A DNA stretch of 64,000 nucleotides from positions 160,001 through 224,000 of the forward strand of contig CAWHXP010000013.1 in the NCBI GenBank assembly GCA_963833425.1. Reading direction: 5' to 3'. The notes under the pieces are model-generated. The model worked only from the letters and a program-made list of their open reading frames with translations, was not told the origin of the DNA and ran no database searches. Each line of letters starts with the position of its first letter. The first letter of the stretch is position 1. Made by a program: the position numbers and the translations under genes. This document shows, in pieces, positions 22,946-33,776 of the stretch. Source of the stretch: an uncultured Methanosarcinaceae archaeon (GTDB taxonomy: Archaea; Halobacteriota; Methanosarcinia; Methanosarcinales; Methanosarcinaceae).

Positions 22946-23964
22946 ATGCATATTTTGAAAAGTTTTTGTTTTATCATAGGACTAAAACTCAAAAATTAAA
23001 AACTTGCAGAAGATGTTGCACAAAAACCTGCACTATTTCACTGAATTGAATCAATGGTCTCAAAAGCACATGAACTTCTTTAATCTTATTAAATTGTGGT
23101 GAATAAGATAACTATGTCTTATCTCTACAAATGCAATAATATATATGCCTAATCAATTTTATTCGACATTTTTACTTGGAATTAAACATAAATCACAAAA
23201 TGTTAGTATTTGTATTTTGGATTGAGTTTACTGGTAAAATTTAATAACCATTAATGGTAGAATCTTGAAAAATAACCTAGAAGTTAGCTTTGACCGAATA
23301 GAAATTTGAATATTTTTATTGACTAGTCAGTCTACTAAAAATTTGTTGAGTTAGATTTATTTTGATGGGATACATACTTTTAATAAGTAACTGGTGAAGA
23401 GAACTAAAACATCATAAAAACCAATAATGAAATAAGCTCAGCACACTATAATTTGCCAATTGAATTCCAGTAAACATGGTTATTGATATTTTTTATCTAA
23501 ACTTGAAAGCTATTGTTTTATTATAACAGTTGTAAAAACACGGAATATATATTTAACTTCATTCTAATTACACTAGTATTGTCACTTTAATTCTTGTTTA
23601 ATATTTTATGACTAGTTTTCACTCAAATGCAGACCCTTTTAAGAATTTCAGTTTCATCTTTTTTCTTTTTCTACTGGATTAAGTACTTGAATCTTCACCA
23701 AGTCAAAATTCTTTTAAATACGATCACTTATCAATCTCATATATATTTGATAACATTTTTGGAAGCTGTAAACTGATTTTTGGCAAAAAGATGAAAATTA
23801 ATCCCAAAGTGAATGAGATTCATAATCCAGTTTTAAAATATTGCTACGAGCTGATTTTTTGTTTTTATCAAAAAGTTTGTCATTCCAAACTTTGGGAACA
23901 TTAAATTTTCTAATAGATTAAGATTCTAAGGAAAAGCGTTTACCGAAGATTATTATCTAAAGGA

Positions 23965-24594
23965 TCAAACATACTTGAAAAGGTCATCCCTTTTCATTTC
24001 GTGCAGCCTGTCTCGAAGGAGGACCTTTAATGTCTTGATATATCCTTTTTTGGAGCTTACTGGAGCAATCAAGTGATCCCATTTATGCCATGGGGGAGAA
24101 AGTCCAAGGAGGGCTGCAATCTCGTCAAGAAGAGGATCATAACCGTTTTCTTTGACCTTATCCATCTTATTTGCAGCAACAAGAGTATCTATTCCAACTC
24201 CTCTGAGAAAATCAAACATTTCAACATCAATAGGAATATACCCCTTGGAATCCCAACGGTAGAAGATTTCTGGAAATAAAGGACCGTCTATTACCAGAAT
24301 TCCAAATTTGATCCTTTTGGCATTATCCTCAATGTAGTGCACGATTTTATCCTTCACTATATCCTGCTTTCTATCCTTTACGCCACTCATGAAGCCGAAG
24401 CCAGGCATGTCGGTAATAAGCATATCTGAGATCTGAAAATGCGTCGGCTGCAGGGTAACTCCTGGACGTTTCCCCACCATCACTTTTACCCCAAAAAGTT
24501 TCCTTATTAGGGAGGACTTCCCCACATTTGAGCGGCCCACAAAAATTGTCTCAAAATTCATGTTGCTTTCAGCTTCAGTATTGCTAGTTCCCAT
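23965..24594 (-). CDS. engB: GTP-binding protein EngB
   Basis: GRSNVGKS, PGVT, DMPGFG and NKMD GTPase motifs. Confidence 0.9.
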   Translation of the reverse strand: MGTSNTEAESNMNFETIFVGRSNVGKSSLIRKLFGVKVMVGKRPGVTLQPTHFQISDMLITDMPGFGFMSGVKDRKQDIVKDKIVHYIEDNAKRIKFGILVIDGPLFPEIFYRWDSKGYIPIDVEMFDFLRGVGIDTLVAANKMDKVKENGYDPLLDEIAALLGLSPPWHKWDHLIAPVSSKKGYIKTLKVLLRDRLHEMKRDDLFKYV

Positions 24595-25679
24595 TGTTTA
24601 TTACCTCATTACTTTCCAAGATGTGTATCGAAAGCCCTGAAGAATACCTAAACTGATTTTTTTGGATGTGCATCCCTGCAGAAAGTAAATACACTCCGTA
24701 AATTTTTTCAAATTAAGATGCAACTAGTGAGAAGAACGTTTATGCCTACTTTTCCTTCGGAAAAAGTATTAAATTTCAGGTGGCTCTTCTCTCAAAGTCC
24801 TCAAGTTCAATTCCCACTTACTTCTTGCATCAGGAAACTGCATAGATATAACCATTGAAATCAAATTATCCGTAATTATAAATACTCGCTGTTTATCAAA
24901 ACTTTAATATTTGATTTGCAAATTTCTTGATTTTTCTTTTGTTAACCACAACTTCTCTGAAAATCTTGTGAGTATTAGGGATATTTGAAGGTATCATATC
25001 TTTCAAGCGGGAAGGAACATGTATTGACCCAGCTCTTTGCATTAATACACTGTTTAAAAAATTCACTCCAGATTCTGAATTGAAACACTCATACTATTTA
25101 GATAATATTCCAAGATTCTATCGTCAGCTCGGAAGAAAAAGTCCAATTTCATGGTAGACCCCAGTAGTTTTCTGTAGTTTTCTGGGAATTTGTGGCAGTA
25201 TATTTACATACTAAAGGTTGCTACTTTGTCACAATTAGTCAATTAGCGGATTTTGAAAAGTGTTTATAGTCTGGTGAATATCCTAGACCATAAGAGTATC
25301 CATAACTTCTATATAGCTTCTAATCATCACATAAAATATTACACTCTCTAAAAGATGGTTTTGTTTTAAGGATGATGTTCAAAACTTCACTTTATTCATT
25401 CGTAGAATAGAGTTTAAATAAATAAATGAAACAATGTAAACATCGATATAGGATATGAAGTGAGTTGGATATGAAGCGAATTTGAAACACTTGAAATATA
25501 ATTCTATATCTGATATGGCGTTAAAAAATATGCTTAATTTGTGATTTGACTATGATCCGCCTAGAATTTATGTATTTGTAAGGTCAAATTATAGTTTTTC
25601 CTTATTTTAGTTATATTACAGAACATTCCAATAAATTCCTAAATTTAATCATCTACTTAATAAAATATAAAAAACTCGT

Positions 25680-26245
25680 GAAAATCAGAGGTTTTATCAA
25701 AATACTCTTAAATAAATTTATAAAAATCCCATAGCATTCAGATTTATCTCTCATTTTTTTTGCTAGAATTCTGTCCAAATCTTTCTTGCCAATTTCTGTA
25801 TTTGACCTGATTTTTTTCTTTTTTGATTCGTTATTCTTTATTTTAAAGATAACTTCAGCTGTCCTTAAAATAATTCTTTTATTTTCAAGGTAATCGATTG
25901 ATAGAGATTCTAACAAAAAGCTGTACATAACATCATAGATTCATTCTTTAGATAAGGACTTTCCCTGCCCTGAATCTCTTTTTAGTTACTGCACAAACTC
26001 GTTCCATAGGAGCTTCTTTACAATTATCACTAAATCTCTTCTGAATGATCAAACTGTGGTACTAACTGGTATGTATCAAGAAAATTCTGGAAAAAAATCA
26101 ATCAACACATTGTTTCTTGAGTTCGAGTTCTTAAAGACAATTCTATTGCTGTAAAGAAAGCATTTTAAGAATAGTGATTACATCAGATTCAGGTCTGCCT
26201 TAAGAAGTGGTTTTGTTAAAAAAATATGAACTCAAAATTCAAAGA
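25680..26245 (-). mobile_element. Highly degenerate IS5-family remnant
   Basis: Patchy similarity to 17030-17330 (GRPESDV, EKQC, STTV). IR-like GGTTTTATCAAAATACTC near 25690-25708. Confidence 0.5.
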
Positions 26246-26316
26246 CAAGATCAAAAAGGGACTTGCTACTATTCGATCTATTTTATCACTATTTACTTTT
26301 TTTCTGTAATGATTAT

Positions 26317-27936
26317 TTACACAAATTCTGCTTTCACAGATGTGAAAACCGGGCCTCTAATATCTATCTTTCTCTTTTTGCCAGTGATATAACGTTGAGC
26401 AATGGGACCTATTTTTAGGTTTACTTCCGAGGGAACTTTGACAATTCTTACTCTCACAATATGTTCATTTGCTCCGGAAATTGCCGCTTCTTCAATTTCC
26501 CTTGCAGCCTGGGCGGCAAAAGCTTCAATGAAACTAATGCCTGTTTTTGCAGAGTGATTTTCAAATGCTTTTTGCCATTTCTTGATGTTAGGAATTCCTA
26601 AGATATCTCCCTGGTAAGCTACAACTTCGTTGAAAACTGCAGGGCCGCAAAGTTTCGTGTTTATTTCAGGTTCTATTATGGAAATTTTTACTTTTCTACC
26701 GCATACTTCTCCTTCCCAAACAGGGAATTCGCAGGGGCTTAGCTCTTCAGCATGTAATTCACACTGTGAAACGATTGCATCTACAATCGTACGCCCTTCA
26801 GGAGTTTCAGGCATTTTGTCTACAAAGATCTGTTTTGCAAGCTCGTTATCCGACATACTCCACTCACTGTACTGAGGGATCTGTGGATAAGCCAGAGCAC
26901 GGACATCCGGGAAATCGTGGAGGATCATTGCTAGCCTTTCCACTCCAAGACCAAGGTTCATGACAGGATACGGGATAGCGTATTCTGCAAGAGCAGTTGG
27001 GGAATAAATTCCAAAAGTTGCAACTTCGATCCAGCCATCAGAGTACTTTGAGTTAGAGCCTACAAGTTTCGGGTGAAAGGCAAATACTTCGATCTGGGTG
27101 TCAGGAACATAGTATTTGCTGCGCTTCTCATCAGGCCTGAAAAGGAATTTTTCAAAGCCAAAATGGGTAAGAAGCCCTTCTGCAACGGCTTTTCCATGAT
27201 CTATGGTCACATCTTCATCCATGATTACGCAGGAGGCTGAATAATAGGTCATTAGCCTTGAGGCATCTTCCTGTTGTTCTCTCCTGAAACAACGATCTAT
27301 AGAAAATAAATTGAATGGAGGTTCTTTCCTTTCAAGAAGTGCGCCAAGGGAGATGAACCACCCACTTGTCATGTGACTGCGGAGTGTCTTTGTGCTTGCC
27401 TGGGGCACAAGCTCTTTAAATTCCGGGAAAACTTTGTCAATCATATTGGCAACATTTGAGTCTGAAACTTTAAGCGCTGAAGAAATCTCGGGAACAAGAT
27501 CATCTCCATCAACCTTTCCTTTTTTGTATGCATGGAGAATTTGCCTGATAATATCTATCCCTTTGTCACCAACGTTCCCGAGGATCGTAGTTACTTGTGC
27601 AATACGCTCATCGGAAATTCCAACGTTAGGACGAGGAAGGCCTGCTAGGTAGAAACAGCGATCTAGAACTGCTAGGGCTTCGCTTCCAAATTGTTTATGA
27701 ACTTCTCTTTCATCTATTATCAAAGGGTTCATCGTCTCTTCAAAGCCCATTCTGAGATAGGCCTCTCTCAGTTTCTGGATGGTGGCGTAAACAGGATGTT
27801 CCTTTCCAAATTTAAAAGCGATTCTGGGATAGCGTTCATTCAGGGTAGGGGTCCTGACAATTTTTTTACCTTTGTTCCAAGTAAGATCGAAGTTCTCTTT
27901 TGCATCTTTTTTTATTTTTTCTGGATCAAATCTCAT
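26317..27936 (-). CDS. sepS: O-phosphoseryl-tRNA(Cys) synthetase
   Basis: MRFDPEKIK start, LRSHMTSGWF, RCFRREQ and NLGLGVERL. Confidence 0.95.
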   Translation of the reverse strand: MRFDPEKIKKDAKENFDLTWNKGKKIVRTPTLNERYPRIAFKFGKEHPVYATIQKLREAYLRMGFEETMNPLIIDEREVHKQFGSEALAVLDRCFYLAGLPRPNVGISDERIAQVTTILGNVGDKGIDIIRQILHAYKKGKVDGDDLVPEISSALKVSDSNVANMIDKVFPEFKELVPQASTKTLRSHMTSGWFISLGALLERKEPPFNLFSIDRCFRREQQEDASRLMTYYSASCVIMDEDVTIDHGKAVAEGLLTHFGFEKFLFRPDEKRSKYYVPDTQIEVFAFHPKLVGSNSKYSDGWIEVATFGIYSPTALAEYAIPYPVMNLGLGVERLAMILHDFPDVRALAYPQIPQYSEWSMSDNELAKQIFVDKMPETPEGRTIVDAIVSQCELHAEELSPCEFPVWEGEVCGRKVKISIIEPEINTKLCGPAVFNEVVAYQGDILGIPNIKKWQKAFENHSAKTGISFIEAFAAQAAREIEEAAISGANEHIVRVRIVKVPSEVNLKIGPIAQRYITGKKRKIDIRGPVFTSVKAEFV

Positions 27937-29375
27937 GCATATCCTCTTTAGCGAATTATTGAATTCTAAATATCTCATTTTGAGATTCTTGTTTGTAAGT
28001 TTTAAAAAATTCAAATATTTTTTTACACTCCAAATATTCAACGGTTTAACAACTACTAAACTTATTATATTGGCAAGTTGCATATGAGCAAATAGTAGTT
28101 CAGTTGCATAATTTTGGCATTTGTGGCTTCAAGTTATTAATATGCTTATTTTCGAAACACAGTTTATTCTTAAAGTCCCGGTGTCGGATTCGACGTTGAA
28201 GTTTCAATTTTTTTTGTGCCTAATTGTACTGGTAACATCTGCAAGCATATTTATTATCAGACCACTGGATAATTGATCTTCCTACTGAATCCTCTAGTTA
28301 TGGCATCAGGGTGATCAAAATTAATAATCATTTAATGGATCTATTACATAATTCCTAAATAATAATTCAGTTTTTTTTCAATGGATTCCTTTCTGATAAT
28401 GTCCCGGACACTTTTTCTGGTCTTCCTCATGATGGCTCCAAGACCATTGATATAGGAAACATTATTTGATTCTCAATTCCTTTTGGAGTAGGGAATATTC
28501 TTTAGCTTCCTTTTTTCATTAGCAAGCCACTGAGAATTGAAACTTAGAACTATTTTTATGTCAATATTCTACGAATCCGCCACAATAAATCTCAGCATGT
28601 CTCAGAAAAGAACTTCAATTTCTTCTTGGAATATTCCCATTTCTTTGATGCTGTTATTTGACGTCTCGAAGTTCTACACACACAAGGCAAATGTTGCTAT
28701 CCATTATTTCCGGACAATTTATCAGGAAATTTTTAATCCATCCTCTGTACTACCTTTGGTCTCAAAATTTTCACCTATCTAAGCCAAAATATCTTCAAGC
28801 ATTTTTTTCATATACTCTTTGATGCTTTTTCAATTTTTCATTAAATTTAGTTTTTATATTCTAAAACTAAATAGCGCATTATATATTTTACAGGTACTTT
28901 CCATGATTTATATTTTTAATCTAAGAATTCCCCTTTAGTGTAATTGTGTCCGTAAGTGAAATTACTTGGCCTAGACAGTCTTGATTTCGGATTGTTTGGT
29001 GTTTTATCATCTGAATTACTTATTATCTCCCTTAATTAAGCTATATATAATAATATCTTCTAACATTCTGTTCAACACCAATATTTAAATTCTAGTTAGA
29101 GATCAAAAAATCAAATAATAGGAGAAAAGGTTAGCTTTCGTGCCAATATCATTAACTTTTAGATACAATCCTCTAAATGGGCATTATATTAGAAAATAAT
29201 GGGGTTTGCTACCTTGTAAGTCCTTTTTCAGAATAAGATCAATTGTATTATTTTTGAATAGCGTATTCTAAAGAAACTTGACATACCTTGTTTGTTTTTG
29301 GCAGATTATCTATTTTTCAGCCTAAGCTCTCGGAAAAAATAGATTTTTAATATAATTAGATAATTTTTTACTGTT

Positions 29376-29648
29376 TTACTCATTTACAGGGATCGTCTCA
29401 AGCTGACTTGAAAGATTCCATATAAGAGTTCTTGTATGGAGAGGAAGGTTAGGATCATTGCTTATATCTTCGAGGATGGAAATACTTGATGCTGCTCTAA
29501 GGAACAGAGGCTCTGATTCGTTATTTAGTATCTCCATGATTTCATTCACGGAACGCCTGATATTTCGTGGAACTGAAGAATCGCTGATTATGCTTTCTAG
29601 AACCTGAAGACATTGTCGGATAACTTCTGCTGAATCATTTGATGACAT
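29376..29648 (-). CDS. UPF0147 family protein
   Basis: [10 protein letters not shown] and [13 protein letters not shown]. Confidence 0.88.
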   Translation of the reverse strand: MSSNDSAEVIRQCLQVLESIISDSSVPRNIRRSVNEIMEILNNESEPLFLRAASSISILEDISNDPNLPLHTRTLIWNLSSQLETIPVNE

Positions 29649-29891
29649 TCGAATCACCTTCGTAGTCAATTATAATGTAAAATTAGAGCTAATAAATTAG
29701 TTTAAGACAGACTAGTGATATAAAATAGTATCGGTGATTTTAACAATAATCAGTACCTATGCCTTCTAGTTGTGATTCGGAATCTATGCTCTGTCCTATT
29801 TCATGGAGCAGAGGTAGTTTCATGCATCGAAAGTAACAGGACAAATCATATTAGATAAACTAGAAGCTGGGTATAGAGGAAGGTTGTGCAC

Positions 29892-30500
29892 ATGGATTCT
29901 GAAAAAGATCGAAAAGTACAGCGAATAGCACGTTTTCTTGAGTTAGGGGGTACGATGCTTGCCGAGCATTGTAATGGATGCGGAGCCCCAAGATTTCGTT
30001 ATCAGGGCAAAATAATCTGCCCGATATGCGATGTTCGTGGTGAAGAGGAGGCTGACGAACCAGCCACAGAAATCCAATTCCCTGAAACCAGAAAGCATAC
30101 TGAAAAAGACACGCTTTCAATTGAGAACGAAAAAAGAGTTCAAGCGCACAGACAAAAACCACTTTTCGGGCTGAGAACCGTTGAAGCTACCGAGAAAGAG
30201 GAAAAAGCTATCGACTTTGCAACAAAGGATTTTTCAAAAATACCTGACGATGCTGGAGGAGCAAAAAAACCAGCCACTATACTCCAAGGTGCATCCACAA
30301 AAAAAGCAGAAAAGCCTACAGAGGCCCCAAACCTGCCCATAGTTCATGAAAACAAGGAAGTAGTGGAGAGCCTTCTCTTCAAAAAAATAGTCAGTATTGC
30401 AACCTCTCTTCAGGATGAAACGGACTCGCAGAGTATTGTTGAGAATTTCGAACTGATTGAAAAATGTCTTGGGATAATAGAGCGCCTAAAGAGGATATGA
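29892..30500 (+). CDS. UPF0148 / Auto_anti-p27-type Zn-ribbon protein
   Basis: GGTMLAEHCNGCGAP...CPIC; divergent from UPF0147. Confidence 0.8.
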   Translation: MDSEKDRKVQRIARFLELGGTMLAEHCNGCGAPRFRYQGKIICPICDVRGEEEADEPATEIQFPETRKHTEKDTLSIENEKRVQAHRQKPLFGLRTVEATEKEEKAIDFATKDFSKIPDDAGGAKKPATILQGASTKKAEKPTEAPNLPIVHENKEVVESLLFKKIVSIATSLQDETDSQSIVENFELIEKCLGIIERLKRI

Positions 30501-30643
30501 AGGATGAATGTAAGAAGAAAAAAGAGCCTGGAACAGTAGTTGGGCAGATATAAGAGCATAAGGAAGGGAAAGTGAAAAAAAAGAAAAAAATACAGAAGCT
30601 GAAAAACAAAACTATTTACCATTAAAGCTTATTATCTTTCCAT

Positions 30644-33352
30644 TTACCCTCTGTAAGGACTTTCAAGGATCTCTCTAATCTTGGCTGCTGTTTTTGGTCC
30701 TATTAGTTTTACCTTTCTGAGTTCTTCGGTGTTAGCTTTCATAAAGGCCTCCACGGAGCCGAAATGCAACAGGATATATCTTGAGGCTTTTGGCCCTATA
30801 TTTGATATTGAAGAAATCAGATATTCCTGCTGCTCGGCAAGAGTACTGGCTAACTTTTTACCATGTGGATTGATTTCACGCTTATTTTCGTTTTGCTCAC
30901 GTTTAGCAAGCATTTTTAATATCGCAGCTGTCTCTTCTTCGTCCCTTGAGTAGAGAATTGAGATTCCAAAATCAATTGCAATAGAGACTAGAGAACCGTA
31001 AATAGAATTTGGGTTAATTTGCCTGAAGGTGAATAGGTCTCCTCCTTCAATGATGAGGACGGGTTTTTCATATATTCGTGCAAGATTAGAGAGCTGGGCA
31101 AAGAGATTATGCTTCCCATCGATAAGAGAAGTTGCAAAATCATCAGTGCGTTTTCTCTCTACAGCAATGCGATCGCTTACAATGTAATCGCCTACCTCAA
31201 GAGCTGCAAAATTAAGTTCCATTCCTAGCCTGTCAAGGACTTTTGCAACTCCACTCTTCGTTTCCCTGTGGTCTATAACTATCCTGAGAACTCCTGTTTC
31301 GGGTTCTCTCCCGAATGTTTTTAGTTCATTTACGGATTTCTTTCCGGTAAGAGCTTCAAAATCTACCAGGGTTTTTTGGTTTCTGCTTCCTTTTTCTTGT
31401 TTTATACCAGTTCCTTCTTTATAACTATCAGTAGCCTGATTTTCTTCATATATACCTACCTTTTCTTTTATGCCTATTTTCTGTATCTTTTCTTCTTTCT
31501 CTGCCTCCTTCCCCTCTCTCTTTACTGTATCCTTATTTTTTTTTTTCTGTTCATAGATTCCTTCTTTTTTCTCTTCCTTTTTATCTCCTTCCTTTTTCCA
31601 TTTATCTTTAATTCCTCTATCCATCCCGTTGCAATCTAAGCCTGCAGCCGTATCCTGAGAATCTATTGTCAAATTTCTATTTTTCTTTCGACTCCCGACC
31701 CCATATTCATCTTTAATTTCTGTTTCCTTTAAATCTGAAATAAAGTTTTCAGATTCAGAATCAAAAGGCTTAGATTTTTTTATAGAGTCCCTCATGCCAA
31801 AAACGGCTTCAAGCCCTTGCATTCTGTTAAGCATTTTTTTTTCCTTGTTTTTGCTGCTCCAGTAATAAGCTTCGTCTCGTGTACCTTTTGTCATCAGTAC
31901 AATTACTTTGCCCTTATGTTGCCTGCCTGTCCTGCCCTTACGCTGAATGCTGCGGATTTCCGATGGAATTGGTTCATAAAATAGTACCAGATCCGTGGAT
32001 GGAATGTCAAGACCTTCTTCACCAACTGAAGTGGCTACAAGTACGTTGTATTCTCCTGCTCTGAATTTCTCGAGGATTTCCACCTGTTGCTTTTGTGTAA
32101 GTCCTTTGTCATTATGGCGAGAACCTTGTCCCACAAAACGGATGGGGATAATTCCGAAAACCTCCGAAAGAGCATTTACCACTATTTCGGCAGTGTCCCT
32201 GTAGTTAGTAAACACAATTGTTCTAGAATCAGGACTTTTTTCCAGTTGCTCGGCTAAGATTCTCCGCACATGTTCGAGTTTGGGATGTTCAACATCGCTT
32301 TCTCTTGCCCGATAAAGAGCTTTTCGCATGTAGAAGTCATCCATCAATCTTTTTGCAGCTTTACTCGCACTGCTAGAGGAAGCTTCCACATTCAGCTTTT
32401 CTAAATATTTTCTGAGGGTCTCAAGACCCTGTGTTTCCACCATTTCCACAGCATGGTTCACCTTCATCATTTCAGCAACCATAGAGATGGCAAAATAAAC
32501 ATCAGGATCTCCACCAATACGGATTTCACCTTGGAGTTTTTTATGGAGAAGTAGGAGGTCTTTTTTGGAGATATATTTTCCACTCCCTGAAGAAAGGCCC
32601 ATTTCCCTTATAGCCCTAAGCCGATCATCGAGTATCTTTTCCAGATAGCCACGAATTTCGGCAATTTCAGTAGGTAACTGGACTTCAAGCCATTCGATTT
32701 CTTTTTCCTGAACATAAGGGCGAACATCCTTATCATTCTCAGTTTTCACAGCTACTTTTTCGATATGTAAAGCTTGACAAACTTCAGAGATTTTCTCTTC
32801 TGAGCTTCCTGGACTTGCAGTAATTCCAAGTATATGAGGATCTTTAGCGCTCTCAAAGTACTTTTCCGCAATAAAGGCATAAGCATAATTTCCAACTGCT
32901 CTGTGGGCCTCATCGAAAGTGATGTGACTTACGTCTTCAAGACTTATCCGTTTCGTAAGAATATCATTTTCAATTACTTGTGGTGTGGATACGATCAATT
33001 TTCCCTGTATCCATAGCTTTTCTCTCTCCATAGGATTAATGCTGCCTGTAAAAGCGAGAATTTCTTCTTCGGGAAGAGCCATCACCTTTTTTAAAAAAGC
33101 TGCATGCTGATCTACAAGAGGCTTTGTGGGAGAAAGGATAAGGGCTCTCCCACCAAAACGCTGGAGCCTGGAAGCAATTACGAAAAGAGCTATAATGGTT
33201 TTCCCAAGTCCAGTAGGGAGCACAACTAGGCTTGATCCCTCCAGAGCTTTTCCTGCTAAATTTAACTGATATAGCCTCTGCTCAACGATATCTGATTTTA
33301 TCAATGGGTGCTTTATGTATGACGGCTTCTCAAGGAAAAGATTGTCTTTCAT
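30644..33352 (-). CDS. hef: Hef: DEAH helicase plus ERCC4/XPF nuclease
   Basis: PTGLGKT, DEAH, QRKGRTGR, charged linker, GDY...VERK and a C-terminal HhH. Confidence 0.92.
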   Translation of the reverse strand: MKDNLFLEKPSYIKHPLIKSDIVEQRLYQLNLAGKALEGSSLVVLPTGLGKTIIALFVIASRLQRFGGRALILSPTKPLVDQHAAFLKKVMALPEEEILAFTGSINPMEREKLWIQGKLIVSTPQVIENDILTKRISLEDVSHITFDEAHRAVGNYAYAFIAEKYFESAKDPHILGITASPGSSEEKISEVCQALHIEKVAVKTENDKDVRPYVQEKEIEWLEVQLPTEIAEIRGYLEKILDDRLRAIREMGLSSGSGKYISKKDLLLLHKKLQGEIRIGGDPDVYFAISMVAEMMKVNHAVEMVETQGLETLRKYLEKLNVEASSSSASKAAKRLMDDFYMRKALYRARESDVEHPKLEHVRRILAEQLEKSPDSRTIVFTNYRDTAEIVVNALSEVFGIIPIRFVGQGSRHNDKGLTQKQQVEILEKFRAGEYNVLVATSVGEEGLDIPSTDLVLFYEPIPSEIRSIQRKGRTGRQHKGKVIVLMTKGTRDEAYYWSSKNKEKKMLNRMQGLEAVFGMRDSIKKSKPFDSESENFISDLKETEIKDEYGVGSRKKNRNLTIDSQDTAAGLDCNGMDRGIKDKWKKEGDKKEEKKEGIYEQKKKNKDTVKREGKEAEKEEKIQKIGIKEKVGIYEENQATDSYKEGTGIKQEKGSRNQKTLVDFEALTGKKSVNELKTFGREPETGVLRIVIDHRETKSGVAKVLDRLGMELNFAALEVGDYIVSDRIAVERKRTDDFATSLIDGKHNLFAQLSNLARIYEKPVLIIEGGDLFTFRQINPNSIYGSLVSIAIDFGISILYSRDEEETAAILKMLAKREQNENKREINPHGKKLASTLAEQQEYLISSISNIGPKASRYILLHFGSVEAFMKANTEELRKVKLIGPKTAAKIREILESPYRG

Positions 33353-33776
33353 TTTGCTTCAGGATCAATTTGCTTCAGTATTATTTCATTTTGAGGATTA
33401 TTTACTTCATAGTTATTTGTTTCAGATCTTAATTCTTTAATAAGAATAAAGAAATTAAAGTTTTACTACAGGCCTTCAGTCTTTTAATTCTGTAAACTGT
33501 GGAGAAAGTAGACCTTGTGAATTTCACGCCCTTTTATACTCAGTTTTTAACAGCTACAATTTTAGATATTTTTTTAAGCATTTTGATCAAAATCTAATTT
33601 CTACATCAATTGTGGTAATTTGTAAGATCTGATGAAATTAAGATTTTATCGAGATCTTTTTTGTTTTCTTCTAGTATCTAAAAATTCATTATTATTCCCC
33701 GAATTCCGCTACTATAATATATTGAAGGACCACAAAATAATAAGGAATTTGACAATTTAACGTTGATAGCAGAACA

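Noticed and set aside
26317..28083. N-terminal extensions in the ORF track (sepS, mcrA, pycB, second TRAM, OYE)
   Set aside because: Family-typical N-termini, and in several cases RBS motifs, point to downstream starts.
31330..31800. Lys/Glu-rich low-complexity insert in Hef as an intein or novel domain
   Set aside because: No intein terminal motifs; a disordered linker between helicase and nuclease is a known Hef feature.
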